This document shows, piece after piece, positions 17,133 through 17,509 of a stretch of 17,509 bases of DNA. A program made the translations under genes and the position numbers. The notes beneath the pieces are model-generated. The model saw only the letters and a list, made by a program, of their open reading frames with translations, searched no databases and was not told the DNA's origin. The DNA lies in NCBI GenBank assembly GCA_000388065.2, contig KB932203.1; one strand, given 5' to 3'. Origin of the DNA: Fonticula alba ATCC 38817. Taxonomy: Eukaryota; Protista; Nucleariida. Position 1 is the stretch's first letter; each line of letters opens with the position of its first letter.

Positions 17133-17509
17133 ATGTGTACTCCCTCCTTCTCTCTATCTATCTATCTATCTCTCTCCCTCTCCCCCCTCCTCCCCGCCGC
17201 CCTCTCACCACGCCAAACCCCTCCCCCTCCCCTCGCTCGGCCCAGCTGGCTTTGGCTCCGGAAGCTTTTTCAGCCCCCCCGAAAATGAGAGACTTGTACG
17301 CCCTCTTGCGACAGTGCTCGCCTGCGGCGCTTCCTGCCACGGATCCCCTTTCGTCGCGCGCCCTCCCCCTCCTCTGACCACACCCTCGCCCTTCCCTCCG
17401 TCGCAGCACACCCGCCGGATCACCCGCGATCCGAACCAGTCCAGCATCGGCCATGAGCCGGTCGAGCCGGAATACACCCCGGTCCGTGCGGCCCCGGCCA
17501 ATCTCGATC
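17133..17509 (+). CDS. 5' end of a hypothetical protein, join(17133..17136,17246..17295,17407..>17509): MSGFGSGSFFSPPENERLHTRRITRDPNQSSIGHEPVEPEYTPVRAAPAISI...
   Basis: CACCATG start context. Donors GTACTC (17137) and GTACGC (17296); CAG acceptors ending at 17245 and 17406 after pyrimidine tracts; CTGAC branch site at 17374-17378. Codons from 17407 are mostly C/G-ending. Runs off the window end. Confidence 0.6.

Noticed and set aside
1-17509. CRISPR array, tRNA, rRNA or autonomous transposon
   Set aside because: Repeats are simple tandem units with no spacers. No tRNA boxes or rRNA signatures were seen by eye, and no transposase or reverse transcriptase motifs or terminal repeats. Content of the gaps is unknown.

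Overview
Very GC-rich eukaryotic genomic DNA with spliceosomal GT-AG introns, many microsatellites, long G/C homopolymers and four assembly gaps (N at 2096-2105, 3575-3584, 13432-13900, 15609-15853). The style resembles a GC-rich unicellular opisthokont such as Fonticula, but that is an unverified inference. Most long ORFs in the track are GC-driven shadows. Supported genes: (1) a two-exon single-pass membrane protein, join(82..663,859..1302), 341 aa, with Cys clusters; (2) the first exon of a secreted protein (3422..3518) behind a TATA/Inr promoter, cut off at a gap; (3) an orphan internal exon of SIN3 (3676..4690) holding the second half of PAH1, with the rest of SIN3 absent; (4) a three-exon minus-strand gene, complement(join(5899..8600,8778..9722,9983..10556)), about 1406 aa, with poly-Ala, an NLS, an HMG-box-like domain, an unrecognised globular region and a roughly 770-aa Q/H/A/G/P/S low-complexity tail; (5) the 5' end of a plus-strand gene at the right edge with a probable 4-nt first coding exon. 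No rRNA, tRNA, CRISPR array or recognisable transposase was seen. The best lead is the HMG-like protein, which may derive from a transposon-associated family. The main caution is that 3563-4835 looks mis-scaffolded.
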